Source of the DNA: Schmidtea polychroa | Taxonomy: Eukaryota | Assembly (NCBI GenBank): GCA_044892525.1 | Contig: CM097885.1 | Span: forward strand, 42,596,001 to 42,660,000 | DNA: 64,000 nucleotides | Reading direction: 5' to 3' | Shown: positions 42,641 through 53,961 of the stretch, in pieces | How the letters are laid out: each line of letters begins with the position of its first letter | Position numbering within the stretch: the stretch's first letter is position 1 | Made by a program: the position numbers and the translations under genes | The notes under the pieces: model-generated | What the model saw: only the letters and a program-made list of their open reading frames with translations | Told to the model about the DNA's origin: nothing | The model's database searches: none

Positions 42641-43001
42641 ATGTACAATATTCAAAGTTCAGCTATAGCAGCCATGAAAGAACATGAACATTATGGTAAA
42701 TTTTAATTGTATTTATCATATCATATTATTATTTACAGATGAATATCATGCAATAATACTGGAAAGATTGTATTTTTATTACCCGCAAATGTATGATATT
42801 CTCAAAGATCGAGATGTTGCAATAATCCCAGATTTAATTTACAATGAAACCAGAATCTGGATTTTCGATATTATCAATACATTTCTCTGGGATGTGAAGA
42901 TTGGAAGAACAATGAAGGAAGTAGAAGTAGAATACCCTTGCAGTTTGGGTTGTAGCTGTTGCAATTTCCGCTACCAGAGATATGTCAATGGTCTTTGGTA
43001 A
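42641..43001 (+). CDS. Spliced hypothetical protein with a C-terminal CxxGCxCC cluster (exons 42641-42695 and 42739-43001)
   Basis: ATG 42641 and a 43-nt GTAAA...TACAG intron give the in-frame MYNIQ...HEHY^DEYHAIILERL. The homologue at 50554-50890 has the same intron. Confidence 0.8.
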
Positions 43002-43211
43002 AGACACTTCGTAATTACCATTTTTGTCAAATTTTATCCAAATAAAATTTTATGTTTAACCATTTTTTGTTTTGTCTTTTTAGTAATAGAAATAATATTA
43101 ATAATAATAATAATAATAATAATTTTAATAATATAAAACGTGTGTCAATGCAATATCAATGCAATATCAATGCAATATCATTGCAATTTAAAACAAAGAC
43201 ATGCAGCAATC

Positions 43212-43247
43212 TGATTGGATGATAAACAATAGTCATAGGTATAAAAA
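43212..43247 (+). promoter_or_regulatory. Inverted CCAAT box plus TATA box promoter
   Basis: TGATTGGAT at 43212, TATAAAAA at 43240 and ATG at 43281. Identical motifs and spacing at 51153, 51181 and 51222. Confidence 0.8.
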
Positions 43248-43280
43248 CCCTGTACCATTTCATTTTAATCATAATTCACA

Positions 43281-43700
43281 ATGACAAAGAAAATTTCAAG
43301 CACTGAAAAACCAAAAGTTGTTCCAGAGCTTGTACAACCTGTTCAAATGTTCCACAACTATAAAATGTATTTTTTAAAAGAAGAAATCAATATGAAATTG
43401 GTGTCACTGATCAAGCTAATTCCTACCCAATTTCAATTTTTATCCGGCACACTTTCAATGATAGATATTAAATCTATTGATGAGGTTTTCAAACGGTTGA
43501 ATACGAATCTATCTTGTAATCAACATGCATTTTTCAACAACCGATATGCAAGATTTTATGATTCCTTTGATGAAATCAGCTTCAAAGGAAACGAAAATTG
43601 GTATATAACAATTGCAATCCAAGGATATAAAGTTGATAATAATGATGTGTATTCTCCAATTTGGAAAATTATGTCTGCTAGACTTTCACAGATATTTTAA
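43281..43700 (+). CDS. Hypothetical protein, possibly an OB-fold ssDNA-binding protein
   Basis: Intact ORF with its own promoter and an AATAAA at the stop. A homologue is present at 51222. The C-terminal ITIAIQGY....YSPIWKI pattern recalls viral OB-fold SSBs; the function is inference. Confidence 0.7.
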   Translation: MTKKISSTEKPKVVPELVQPVQMFHNYKMYFLKEEINMKLVSLIKLIPTQFQFLSGTLSMIDIKSIDEVFKRLNTNLSCNQHAFFNNRYARFYDSFDEISFKGNENWYITIAIQGYKVDNNDVYSPIWKIMSARLSQIF

Positions 43701-43805
43701 TAAATTTGTTGTTGTATTTAATAAATGTATTTAGTCATATTTGTTTTCGATTATTTTCTATATTTTCTATAAACAAATATACACTATAGTTTTAAAATAC
43801 TAATA

Positions 43806-44146
43806 ATGACTACAGAAAAAGGTTAATATGATTAGTTAATTATCGAATTATTTAATATTTAGAATTTATAATAAACTTTTTATTGGAAAAATTAGCAGAA
43901 ATATCTGGTGTGAAAATGGAGGATATATTATCTGTTACAAATGCATTAAATATAGACTGGGTAGCAGAGAGTGAAACTGATGAAGAAAACACTCAAGATG
44001 ATGAGGAAAGTATTCAAGAAATTGATGAACCTATGGAGGAGTTTAAAGATACTGAACCATGTGTATATAGCGATTGTATAGATCATGTTGTTGAAAATGT
44101 TATGAAATGTGGAGATGATGAATGTGAATGTGTTAATAAATTTTAG
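43806..44146 (+). CDS. Spliced acidic hypothetical protein (exons 43806-43821 and 43863-44146)
   Basis: ATG 43806 and a 41-nt GTTAAT...TTTAG intron give the in-frame MTTEK^EFIINFLLEKLAE. D/E-rich middle and Cys-containing tail running into the TIR. Confidence 0.65.
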
Positions 44147-44275
44147 TGTATATTTAAAGTATAATATCTTTGTTAAAGTTTTGTCTTGAATATTTTTAGC
44201 AGTACATTTGTGACCTTTAGCTTTGTGAGCAGAACCCATAGGGGGGACAGAATATCTTGTCGGATAGACTCGGAC

Positions 44276-44356
<81 letters not shown>

Positions 44357-44978
44357 TTAGAAAATATGTGTTTTATTATATTGTTTAATAATATCATTGT
44401 ACCCTTGCGAGTTGTTGAGCGTGACCAGCACCCTTGTGAGCAGTACCCATAGGGGGGACAAAATATTTTGTCGGATAGACTCGGAGTATATAGATTAATA
44501 ATAATAATAGATAGATCTTATACTAGACTTTAAGATGAGCTATCGATGAGAACACTAACTTGTTGCATGTGTGGACACTAATAATATTTTTATACATTGT
44601 GTGTGTGTGACCATAGGGGGACAGAATATCTTGTAGGATAGGCTATATATACATTGTGTGTAATAATAATTTTATTTTGTCAACTTAACCGTCAAAATAA
44701 GTTTTTAAATTTTAAAATACCGCAACGTAATATATTTAATAATTAAAATATAATTAAATTTTAAAATACCGCAACGTAATATATTTAATAATTAAAGTAT
44801 AATTAAAATTTAAAATACCGCAACGTAATATATTTAAAATACCGCAACGTAATATATTTTTAAAAAATTAAAAAAAATTAAAAAAAAACCCCTCCCCCGG
44901 GGGTATGACGTAATTTCCCTTGTGACGTCATCGATTACGTAATAGTTCTTTGTTCCCGGCTCCACACATTACCCTACT
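44129..44978 (-). repeat. Right terminal inverted repeat of the Polinton (~850 bp)
   Basis: Reverse complement of the left TIR. Carries 4 copies of AAAATACCGCAACGTAATATATTT versus 1 on the left. Confidence 0.95.
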
Positions 44979-46228
44979 TTTACCAAAAAACAACCAACAA
45001 AATTTTTTTACACTTTCTCAAAATCCTCTCGGCTGATTTCAAAGTTATAGCTCATTTGATTAGGAAACAACTCCTTCAGAAATATCCTCTAATGATTTAC
45101 CTGAAGAAAGAGTCAATAAAGGGATTGTTACAATTTCTCAAAATTCTTCTAGATCAATGTCAAAGTTTTATAGGTCGTCCAAATCATCGCAACCTACTCT
45201 ACAAACCTTTTCTAATGATTTACCAGAAAAGAACCAACAAATTGTTCTTTACGATTTATCAAAATCTTAATGATGGATGGTTTATAGCTCATTCAATTCG
45301 AATCAATTGTGTGAAAAATCAATAAAATTCTTTAAAAATAATTAAATTTCATTTGACCTATTTGATCCAGCTGTAGCCTGTCTTTAAAGTCAAATTGATC
45401 TTCATTACGTGATAAATTAATAATAATGCTGAAAAATTACTGAGTTTGATCTGACCTCCATAAAAATACTAGAAGTTAAAAAAAATTTTCTTACCCGGGG
45501 GGGGATTCTTGAGCGAGCAGTGGCCAATCCATTTACTAAAGATTAATGCTAATTTATAGAACGAAAACCTTAGGATTAATATTTTTTAAAACGTCTCCAA
45601 TATGAATTTTTTAATAATATTTTTATCGTTGAATTGAAAATTTATATAAAAATATTTAAAGTAATTGAACGCCTGTAAATATAAAAAATTTAATTAAATG
45701 TCTAGATGGCGTATCAAAATATCGTGTTGCATGAAATCTGTAAATTTTCTGAGTCAGTTTGCTTTTAATCACTTATTTGCTTTAAAAGCTTATTTTGCTA
45801 TTATTTTTAATAAAATACTGAATAAAACTTTCAAACCTAATTTTATTTACTTTATTCTTGTTGTAACAAAACATTATATTCAGCAAAGATGTACTTGACA
45901 ATCTCTATACTTTTCCAAAGGAAAATCCGCGAAAATCTGAAAGACTTATCCTCTGAAGTTTTTTTTGTTTTTTTAAAATATAGTGGTTTGAAAGAAGGTA
46001 GATCTTGAGAAGCTATATATCAACGATGGCGAACATTTTTGACAAGGGGGTCACAATTGAATTTATATTTTGAAAATATCAACTAACGGTTCAAGTATTA
46101 TTTTAGTTATTAAAAATTTAACAAAAATTCATGTAAACATAATATGATTTTATTTATTATATTTATTTATTATATTATTTTATTTATTTATTATACATTT
46201 ATTCGAACACATTCGTATGATTATTATT

Positions 46229-46623
46229 TTCGGTAGAGTGGCGAAATTAAAGAAAAGAATTCTGAATTTGAAAACAGAAACCCAGAAGTGGTTATCAGAA
46301 CAGCTTGCATACAGTTGGAACAAACCAATGCGGAAAAGATTTCCAACAAGAGCATTTAAAACATTTGGTATTGACGATTTATGACAAAAGGATTCGATAG
46401 AGATGATACTTTATTCGAATATTAACAAGGGGTATAAATATATTCTAATATGTATTGATGTTTTCAATCGCTGTGCCTGCACAATTCCAGTCAAGATAAA
46501 ATCTGCAGATGAAATGTCAAGAAATCTGAAAACTAAAGGATAGGTATGGATAAACAATTCTATGGCAAGTGAGATGGCTATCAAAAACCTACATTGATTT
46601 CTGCTAACGACCTAGTAAATTGA
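46229..46623 (+). pseudogene. Polinton integrase remnant (internally deleted)
   Basis: FGRVAKL...ETQKWLSEQLAYSWNKPMRKRFPTR...GYKYILICIDVF, homologous to 39656-40804. Confidence 0.9.
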
Positions 46624-47634
46624 GTTTCTATACTATTTTACCGAGCAATAGTTGTCCACTAATTCATCCAAACAATTAAGTAGGAAAATTCATAATTGAT
46701 CTTTAAAACCCAATCTATTTAAATGATAACTGGGAAGTTGGTCTTTTGGATTTCACATTTTTGTATAATCCCTTTCCATTCTATAGTAAGGCCAGAATTG
46801 CATACAAAAAGAAGGAGCCAGCTTTAAAATATAAAATTATTCTAATAAATACTGAAAACGATGAATGTAATATAAGTAATGCTTCTGACAATGATGTCAT
46901 ATTATATACTGAAAGTTATTTTCTATACATTATTTATTATTATTTATCATTTCATTTATCCTTCGAATATTTCAATATAGCAAAAAAATTTGGATTTTCA
47001 CAAACAAGTATCAAATCTGAAAAAGATACATTATATATACCAAAACCTAGATATTTGAACGAAGGTGATTTGAAACAGAATATCAAATTAAAATTAACCT
47101 TTCCTTTCGATCAGCCATAATACGTTTACTTTTAAGAATGACTTATATATGACATAAAATGATTAGTTACAAGTTTATCTAATTAAAATTTTTCGCAAAT
47201 AGACTTTTTTTTAAAATTTGAATTGAAATCGGATATTAGTAATGTCAAATTTTACAAAATTTACAAAAAAATATTTGACAAAAACATTGGTATTATCAAA
47301 AGAAACAATTTTTGAAAATAATAGAGTTTGCGAGGGTATAGTAAAACCGAAAATAATTAAACTTTATCAGCAAATGTTCATTTACAGTAATATTATTGAG
47401 ACCGTCATTGTTGGGGATTCTAGTGTTCCTTTATTGAAATCAATATGTATTGAAAAATATGAACAGGATGAAGTTATACAAATCACTACAGAAAGTCTTA
47501 TGTATTTATATGTCTCAATCTCATTTATAGACAATATAGAAATAAATATACGCGACGATTCAGGTAAATTAATCGAATTTTCAAAAGATTCAAAAACTCA
47601 TTTGACATTCCATTTTGGTAAAGTAGATGGCTAA
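46620..47634 (+). pseudogene. Polinton minor capsid protein remnant
   Basis: FYTILPSNSCPLIHP at the start; MFIYSNIIETVIVGDSSVPL...IEINIRDDSGKLIEF..DSKTHLTFHFGKVDG at the end. Confidence 0.9.
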
Positions 47635-48100
47635 TTCAGATATTATTTCAATGTATAGTAGTAGCCAAGCCAGTGTTGAATATTTTCTAACCGGGTGTTG
47701 CGAGTATGTTTCAAAAAGATACAGAATCAACACCAACTCCATTATATGCTCCAAAACGTAAAAAACATTGGTCATCGCATATAAACAAACGAATGAAAGG
47801 ACATGGAACTATGTTTGAAAAATAATTTGCGGTAAATCAGAATTGTGTATATTTAATGGACCATCGCTCCAGGCGGTAATTGAATTTTGGGCATTTGAAC
47901 AAGTATTTCCAATGAATTCTATTACTGACAGTAGAAATGATGTTGAATTTTATATAAATGGTTAGTAAAGTGAATATTTGGATTTGAACGATACTTTAAT
48001 AACAGTTCAGATCAAGATTGTAGACAAAGAAAAAGGCATGTGGGATTCAGATACTACGATACCGAACAATTTCTTGTTTCACACACTTTTTAAAGATTAC
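47627..48100 (+). pseudogene. Remnants of the pVI-like gene and the MCP N-terminus
   Basis: MANSDIISMYS...RINKRMKGHGT, then ICGKSELCIF...YLDLNDTLITVQIK...PNNFLFHTLFKD. Confidence 0.88.
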
Positions 48101-48473
48101 TATTTTATAAAGGGTTGGTCCAAATCTTCTACAAATCTTTCTCCAAATTTCAACATGAAAAATTAAATTTTAATTTAAAATTTGGTAATGAGGAGTTAGC
48201 ACCCATCGTTTATGATTGATTTCCTATTACTTCACCTAATAATGATAATACAAAAGGTATCAATGTCCCAATAAATCCACCTTGCTGTTTATATATAATA
48301 TTTTTCATTTATTTATGATTTTTATTATTTACACACGATAGCTAAGGTTTCTTGTGTTAATTCAATAAATGCTTTTTGGATTTACTAATTTTAATCTTAC
48401 CTTTGACTACTTTGAGTATAATATCGAATAAATAATCAACAAGAAAATTAGGAAATGAATGTAAAATAGTCAT

Positions 48474-48716
48474 CAGTGGCGGCTCGTACTCAAATATTTT
48501 GTGAATGCAATAAAAGAAAATTCAAAAAAATTTTTATTTATATAAAAACTCAATTCTTCTTGTTTTTCTACAAAATTCTTTAATTACTAAATCATAAAAA
48601 TTGTCTTTAGTAGCCAAAAGTGTTTTTTAAAAGATATTAAAAATTTAAAATATAGAATTTCTCAAAATTGAAGTTCAAGCAATGCCTGCTTTGCTTATAT
48701 GGACCAACCGCCACTG
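48474..48716. mobile_element. hAT-type MITE inserted in the pX-like gene of the second Polinton
   Basis: TIRs CAGTGGCGGCTCGT / ACCAACCGCCACTG; 8-bp TSD ATAGTCAT/ATAGTTAT. Confidence 0.88.
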
Positions 48717-48931
48717 ATAGTTATTTTTTTCATGCTCGGTGCCTTTAACAATGCATTGGAAAACTTGAAACTCCGATTATTTTTAATAACTTTGGCATGT
48801 TTACTTTTCTTATTATTAAGATTTTTTGAAATAAGATTCATTGCAGGGTAAGTTTTTTTAGATGGAGTATACTCTTTCTAATACTTTTTCTAAGTTTTCT
48901 AAGGTTTTTACTTGTGCTTCTAAAAAAATTT

Positions 48932-50190
48932 TTACTCAAGCATGTTTTCAACTTTTTTTATAAACCATGGCACCTTTTTTGTTGAAAATATTAGTTTTAC
49001 CCGTAAATCATCAAAACATTGTTGTGTGAAATCAAGAAATATATGTCCACCTGACATTTTTGTAGAATCTTGAAATTCACTGATTAGAAAGGTACGATTA
49101 TTCGGATATACTTGTCTTGTAGGAAAATCATTAACAGTTGCATCTCTAGGATTCTTAAAAACAACTAAATATTGAACATTCAAATTACGCTTTCGATGTG
49201 CAATATGTGATGAAACAGGTTTTGAATTATAAAAATAACAGTAACACCATGTCTTCTAATCTTGGTGAATATATTATTAAAAATCTTTTCTTTATTGGCA
49301 TCTTGATACAAATCATCGGTAATGACATCACCTTTCATTAACCTACTTGTTTACGTCTAAGACACATCAGAAGAATTTCTTTGTAATTAATCGCATCACA
49401 TGCTTTATTTGTACAAAACCATTGTTTGTTAAACCATTTAACGTGTCCAATAACTTGAGATTGAGCCATAATTGAATTTGAAACATTGGATAATTGTTCA
49501 ACACTTTGGCTAATAAACATTTGAATTGTGTTGATCCTTTTAAGAGCTCAATTAAATAGAATATCATATTCATAAGTTAGCAAGTTTATCTTTTTATCGC
49601 TCATGTCATAATTGGTTTCATATAATTTACGAATATTTTTAAACCTTTGGGGAAATTTCATAAACATATCTTGGAGTTCCTCTTCTGTTATTTCATGATT
49701 TACAGAAATTAAATCGTTGATTTCCAATCGTTTTGATAAACTTACATTAATAATTTGCAACTATCTTGCTGAGCCACGATCACATGGACAAGTTTCACTG
49801 CTGAAAAGACATCTCTTCACCATATTGCTCATGGAAATACGACATATCAAACATTCATTATCTTCCATATTTCACTAAGGCCGAAAATTCAAATCAAAAT
49901 TATAAATCAATTCTTTAAAACCACAATTCCAAAAAACAAAACTCTCGAACAATCTAAAATCCAACCGATACCACCAAAAACCCGAAATCGATCAAAAAAA
50001 ACTAATCTGACTAATAATTCCACATATCATACCACAATTGTCCGCGTCTGTGTGCGCACACAACCCAAATACAAAAAAAAGTAAAAAGCGCACACAGACG
50101 CGAATTAACCTCATAATTGACCAATTTTTACCAAATCCCTTTACTATTTTCATATTTTTCAACTTACAGAAATAATCTGGAGTCAATTCG
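48932..50190 (-). pseudogene. Packaging ATPase remnant of the second Polinton, split by an insertion
   Basis: FCKLKNMKIVKGFGKNWS on one side of the insert; KGDVI...NVQYLVVFKNPRDATV on the other. Confidence 0.88.
49345..50103 (-). mobile_element. Unclassified insertion with a 5' hairpin and decayed ORF
   Basis: 8-bp direct repeat ATTAACCT at 49337-49344 and 50104-50111. Perfect 15-bp stem 50043-50057/50088-50102. Decayed ORF starting MEDNECLIC and a cold-shock-like VIGHVKWFN motif. Confidence 0.65.
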
Positions 50191-50204
50191 GTAAATGTCG
50201 GATA

Positions 50205-50588
50205 ATGGAACGTAAGAAACCTTTGGATATTAATAAGTTAAAACATCGAATGAATAATATTAAAATTCAATCAGCCAAGGTCACTTTGGATATGGAACAT
50301 AATATCAATTTATACACCATGTCAAGAAAATGCTACAGTATGTTTGAACCAGAATTATTTCCTACTTTGACACTTTTCAATCTCGTGTGTGTTATCGTGC
50401 TTGCTAGTAGTAAAGTTGTTGTGCTAAGGTTGCGAAATTTTGAGTACAAACAATTTGTTACTAAAATTCAAAATGAAATCATTCCATTGGTTACAGAATT
50501 AGTCACCGATTGCTTAAAACATAATTTTTATTTATTTCATATCAGTTTTAAAAATGTACAAGATTCCTTGCGCTGTTCAATTAATTAA
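50205..50588 (+). pseudogene. TBP-like gene remnant of the second Polinton (N-terminal repeat deleted)
   Basis: IKIQSAKVTLDMEHNINL...MFEPELFPTL...VLASSKVVVL, syntenic with 42059-42523. Confidence 0.8.
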
Positions 50589-50890
50589 TAAGATTGATCA
50601 TTACGGTAAATTATTAATTTATTATTTACATTTTTATAATTTTTTTCAGATGAGTATTCTGCCGTTATAATCGATCGGTTGAAGTTTTTTACCTACAGTT
50701 CAAAGTTATCCTGAAAAAAAGTCATGGAATTGATTCCGGACTTAGTATACAAAAAAACCATGAATTGAATGTTCGATCTTTTTCATCAATTCATGTGGGA
50801 CATCAAAATAAACAGAACCTACATCGAGATGAAGCCTGAATAATTGGGTGCAGTTGTTGTGATGACAGATATCAGCGTTATGTCGATTAA
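50554..50890 (+). pseudogene. Homologue of the spliced Cys-rich gene, intron 50606-50649
   Basis: MYKIP...IDHY^DEYSAVIIDRL...IPDLVY...WDIKINRT...LGCSCCD.RYQRYV. Confidence 0.82.
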
Positions 50891-50990
50891 GCTTTAGTGA
50901 AATCTATTCGAATATTTCATTTTTCAAATAAAAAAAAATTCTCAGAATAAATTTTAATGTTTGTTTTTTCTTGATTTTGTAATATAAGGA

Positions 50991-51052
<62 letters not shown>

Positions 51053-51221
51053 TTTAGATTTTTAAATGATATTAAAAATTATAGAAAGGATTCACAAATA
51101 AAATACAAATGCATCACGCGCGCAAATTAAATAAAGACAAATCACTTAAATTTGATTGGATAATCAACATCTTTGAAAGGTATAAAAACTATTTACCATC
51201 TTATGTAGGTCATAGTTCACA

Positions 51222-51455
51222 ATGAGCAAGAAACATTTAAGCTTTGAGAAACTAAAAATTGTTGAACAGCTTCTGCAACCTGTGCAGATGTTTCATAATT
51301 ACAAAGTTTATATTTTATAAGAAGAAATCAAAATGAAATTGGTAAATCCTATCAAACTACACCAAACTTAGTTTCAATTCCTATCAGTGACACTCTCAAT
51401 GATAGATATTAGAACTATTGATGAAGTTTTCAAGAAGATGGGTTCGAATCTAAAA
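51222..51455 (+). pseudogene. Truncated homologue of the 43281-43700 gene
   Basis: MSKKHLSFEKLKIVEQLLQPVQMFHNYKVYIL*EEIKMKLV...TLSMIDIRTIDEVFK. Confidence 0.85.
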
Positions 51456-52459
51456 TGCCTAAGTGACCTGTTTTTAAATTCAATTTAATTAAACTATATA
51501 GTGTGTGTATTTGATCTACTTATTTATTAAAAACTATATAGATTGTATATTTATTAAAACTATATAGAATATGTATTTAACCTACGTAATCCTTGATTTG
51601 ACCTACATAAAACTCTGAAAACATTTGAGAAAAACATTAGAAATCGTTAAATATATTAATTTTGATTGGACTTACATATTTTTTATTTAAACTACTTGAT
51701 CCAGTGATGACCTGTTTTTAAAGTCTATTTAATTAAACTATGTAGTGTGTGTATTTGACCTACTTATAAACTATATAGAACTACTTATAAACTACTTATA
51801 AACTGTTTATAAACTACTTATAAACTACTTATAAACTATATAAACTATATAGATTGTGTATGTATTTATTCAAACTATATAGATCGTATATTTATTAAAG
51901 CTATAAAGAATAAAGATATTAAGAATATGTATTTGACCTACCTAATTTTTGATTTGACTTGCATTAAAGCTCTGAAAAAGTTAAACTTAATTGACTAAAA
52001 CAAATTAAATGGAATCGCCAGCTTAATTTTTTGTTGACTTTGATGTAAAGTTTGTGGGCTTTTTAAATATTTTCAGTTTTAAAAATTTTTAAAAATACAA
52101 GCAACAAGATTGAACTTTTATAAGTTTTTAGGAGAAAAAATTAAAATATTAGATTTTAAAAGTATATTTAAAAATTTATTAAAAAGCTTGATTATGAATC
52201 GATATATTTACTGATTCATGGTCAAGCTTTTTAATAAATAAAATCGAAAAAAAATCAGTAATGAAATTTGAAAAAATAAGTTCTTATTATATTTAAAAAG
52301 TTATTATATTTTAATTTTTTGTTACAAAAACCTTTTACAAATATAAATTGTTTTATTTATTGTTTATCTTATTATGCGACTTAATTCTGAGAAATTTTTA
52401 AAAAATCTTTTCATTTATTTTATTTAATCCAAATTTTAAACAAATAAAAATAATAATAA

Positions 52460-52550
<91 letters not shown>

Positions 52551-53444
52551 TGAAAATAAACTAAATTTTAATAGATTTCAGTAATTTGAAAATTTAAAAA
52601 ATCTCCTTCGAATCTTGTTGAGTATAATTGGAAAAATAACTTTATTCGAGAGTCAAGATGAAAATTATATATATTGTATTTTGTAACGATAATAATTGCA
52701 CTTATTCAGTAAATTTAGGCTAATTAGATTACATTTCGGGAAAATCAAATTTCATATAGATTTTTAGTATTTATTCAATTGTCCAAAATTATTTTTTAAT
52801 TATATGAAATATATTTTTAGAGAAATAAATGAAAATGTGTAAACTATTTTAATAAAATATTTATAAATTATAGAAAAATTTTAATAAAAAAATTTTTATT
52901 TTGTTTCTTGAAAAAAAATTGCCAGAAATTCAATTAAGCAAATATTTTCCATCGCTTTCAATTTTTGATAATTTTTAAATATGTTTTATTTTTAATTTTA
53001 AGTCAATTGTTTGAAATTCTATATTTTATTTCAGTTAGAATAAATTTAAAGATTTTTGTTTTAATAAGTTTTTTTCTCATTGAAAACTGTAAGAAAGTTT
53101 TAATTGAAATTTCAAACAAGTAATTATGTTTAAGTTGAGATTTATAATGTATTAAAAATATGGAATAAAGATAATATTTATTACTTTGAAGATTATCATT
53201 TAAATATGTTCGATGTAAAGTCTTAACAATTAAATTCTACTAAACAATTATTACTTCTGTTTCTAAAACGCATAAAATTTAATATCACGTCATCTTTTCC
53301 CACTAAAATCTTCTATTTCAAAAGTCTACATGGATTGAGTTAGTTCAAGATCTAATATGTAGAAATAATTTCTTAATTTTAATAGATAACACTTTTACAT
53401 TCTTTATCATTGTGATGCTATATTCATTTAAAATCTACTCAAAG

Positions 53445-53961
53445 TGATGGGTCGTCAAATTCATTCTGCAAATTGCATTAGGCAACGCATAACCTTCATA
53501 AATTGACATAAAATGTGGTGCACCATCTTCGGAATCTATAATAAATCCGTTCTACGACCAGAAGTGTACAAAGAAAGAACTGCTTGAGTAGCAACAAACA
53601 TAGAAGGAGCATTAAATCTTTACAAACATTATTTGAGTTAAAAAACTTTCTCTGTTAGCTTTGAATTCAGTGGCGCTTCGGTGAGAAGAACTGGATGCTC
53701 TTCTGTCGCGATTCTCTTTTAATTGTAAAATGTATCAGACCAAATCTTTTTAATATCTTCTCAGTTAGTAACAATATCATTTTTAATGGGATATTTTATC
53801 GTAAAATATATCTTTTGGAATTAGTTTTATCACCCTCGCAGCTATCTTTCTGATCCATTCCAATCATAACACCTTGAGGACGAGATCTTACGATATTAGA
53901 TGAGAAAACCAAACTTACAAAACCCATTATCAATTACTAAGGCAGTAATATCATAAAACAT
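53445..53961 (-). pseudogene. Actin pseudogene (intronless over this span, 3'-truncated, heavily decayed)
   Basis: MFYDITALVIDNG, RPQGVMIGMDQKDS, EEHPVLLTEAPLN, TQAVLSLYTSGR and IYEGYALPNAI, with frameshifts and stops. Confidence 0.92.

Larger units (their letters stand above)
32068..44978. mobile_element. Polinton/Maverick (adintovirus-like endogenous virus), complete ends, internally defective
   Basis: AGTAGGGTAATGTG ... CACATTACCCTACT termini; 6-bp TSD TTTACC at 32062-32067 and 44979-44984; long TIRs; pPolB, PRO, MCP, mCP, INT and ATPase genes. Confidence 0.98.
46229..51455. mobile_element. Second, diverged and decayed Polinton with an internal inversion
   Basis: INT, mCP, pVI-like and MCP-N remnants on + (46229-48100). 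INT-N, pX-like and ATPase remnants on - (48111-50190). TBP-like, Cys-rich and SSB-like remnants on + (50205-51455). No TIRs or pPolB found. Confidence 0.92.

Noticed and set aside
42684..42738. ORF-track start MNIMVNF... for the Cys-rich gene
   Set aside because: Reads through the intron; the spliced model from 42641 is supported by the second copy.
53445..53961. Actin as a Polinton cargo gene
   Set aside because: Lies outside recognisable Polinton sequence, separated by other repeats, and is heavily decayed.
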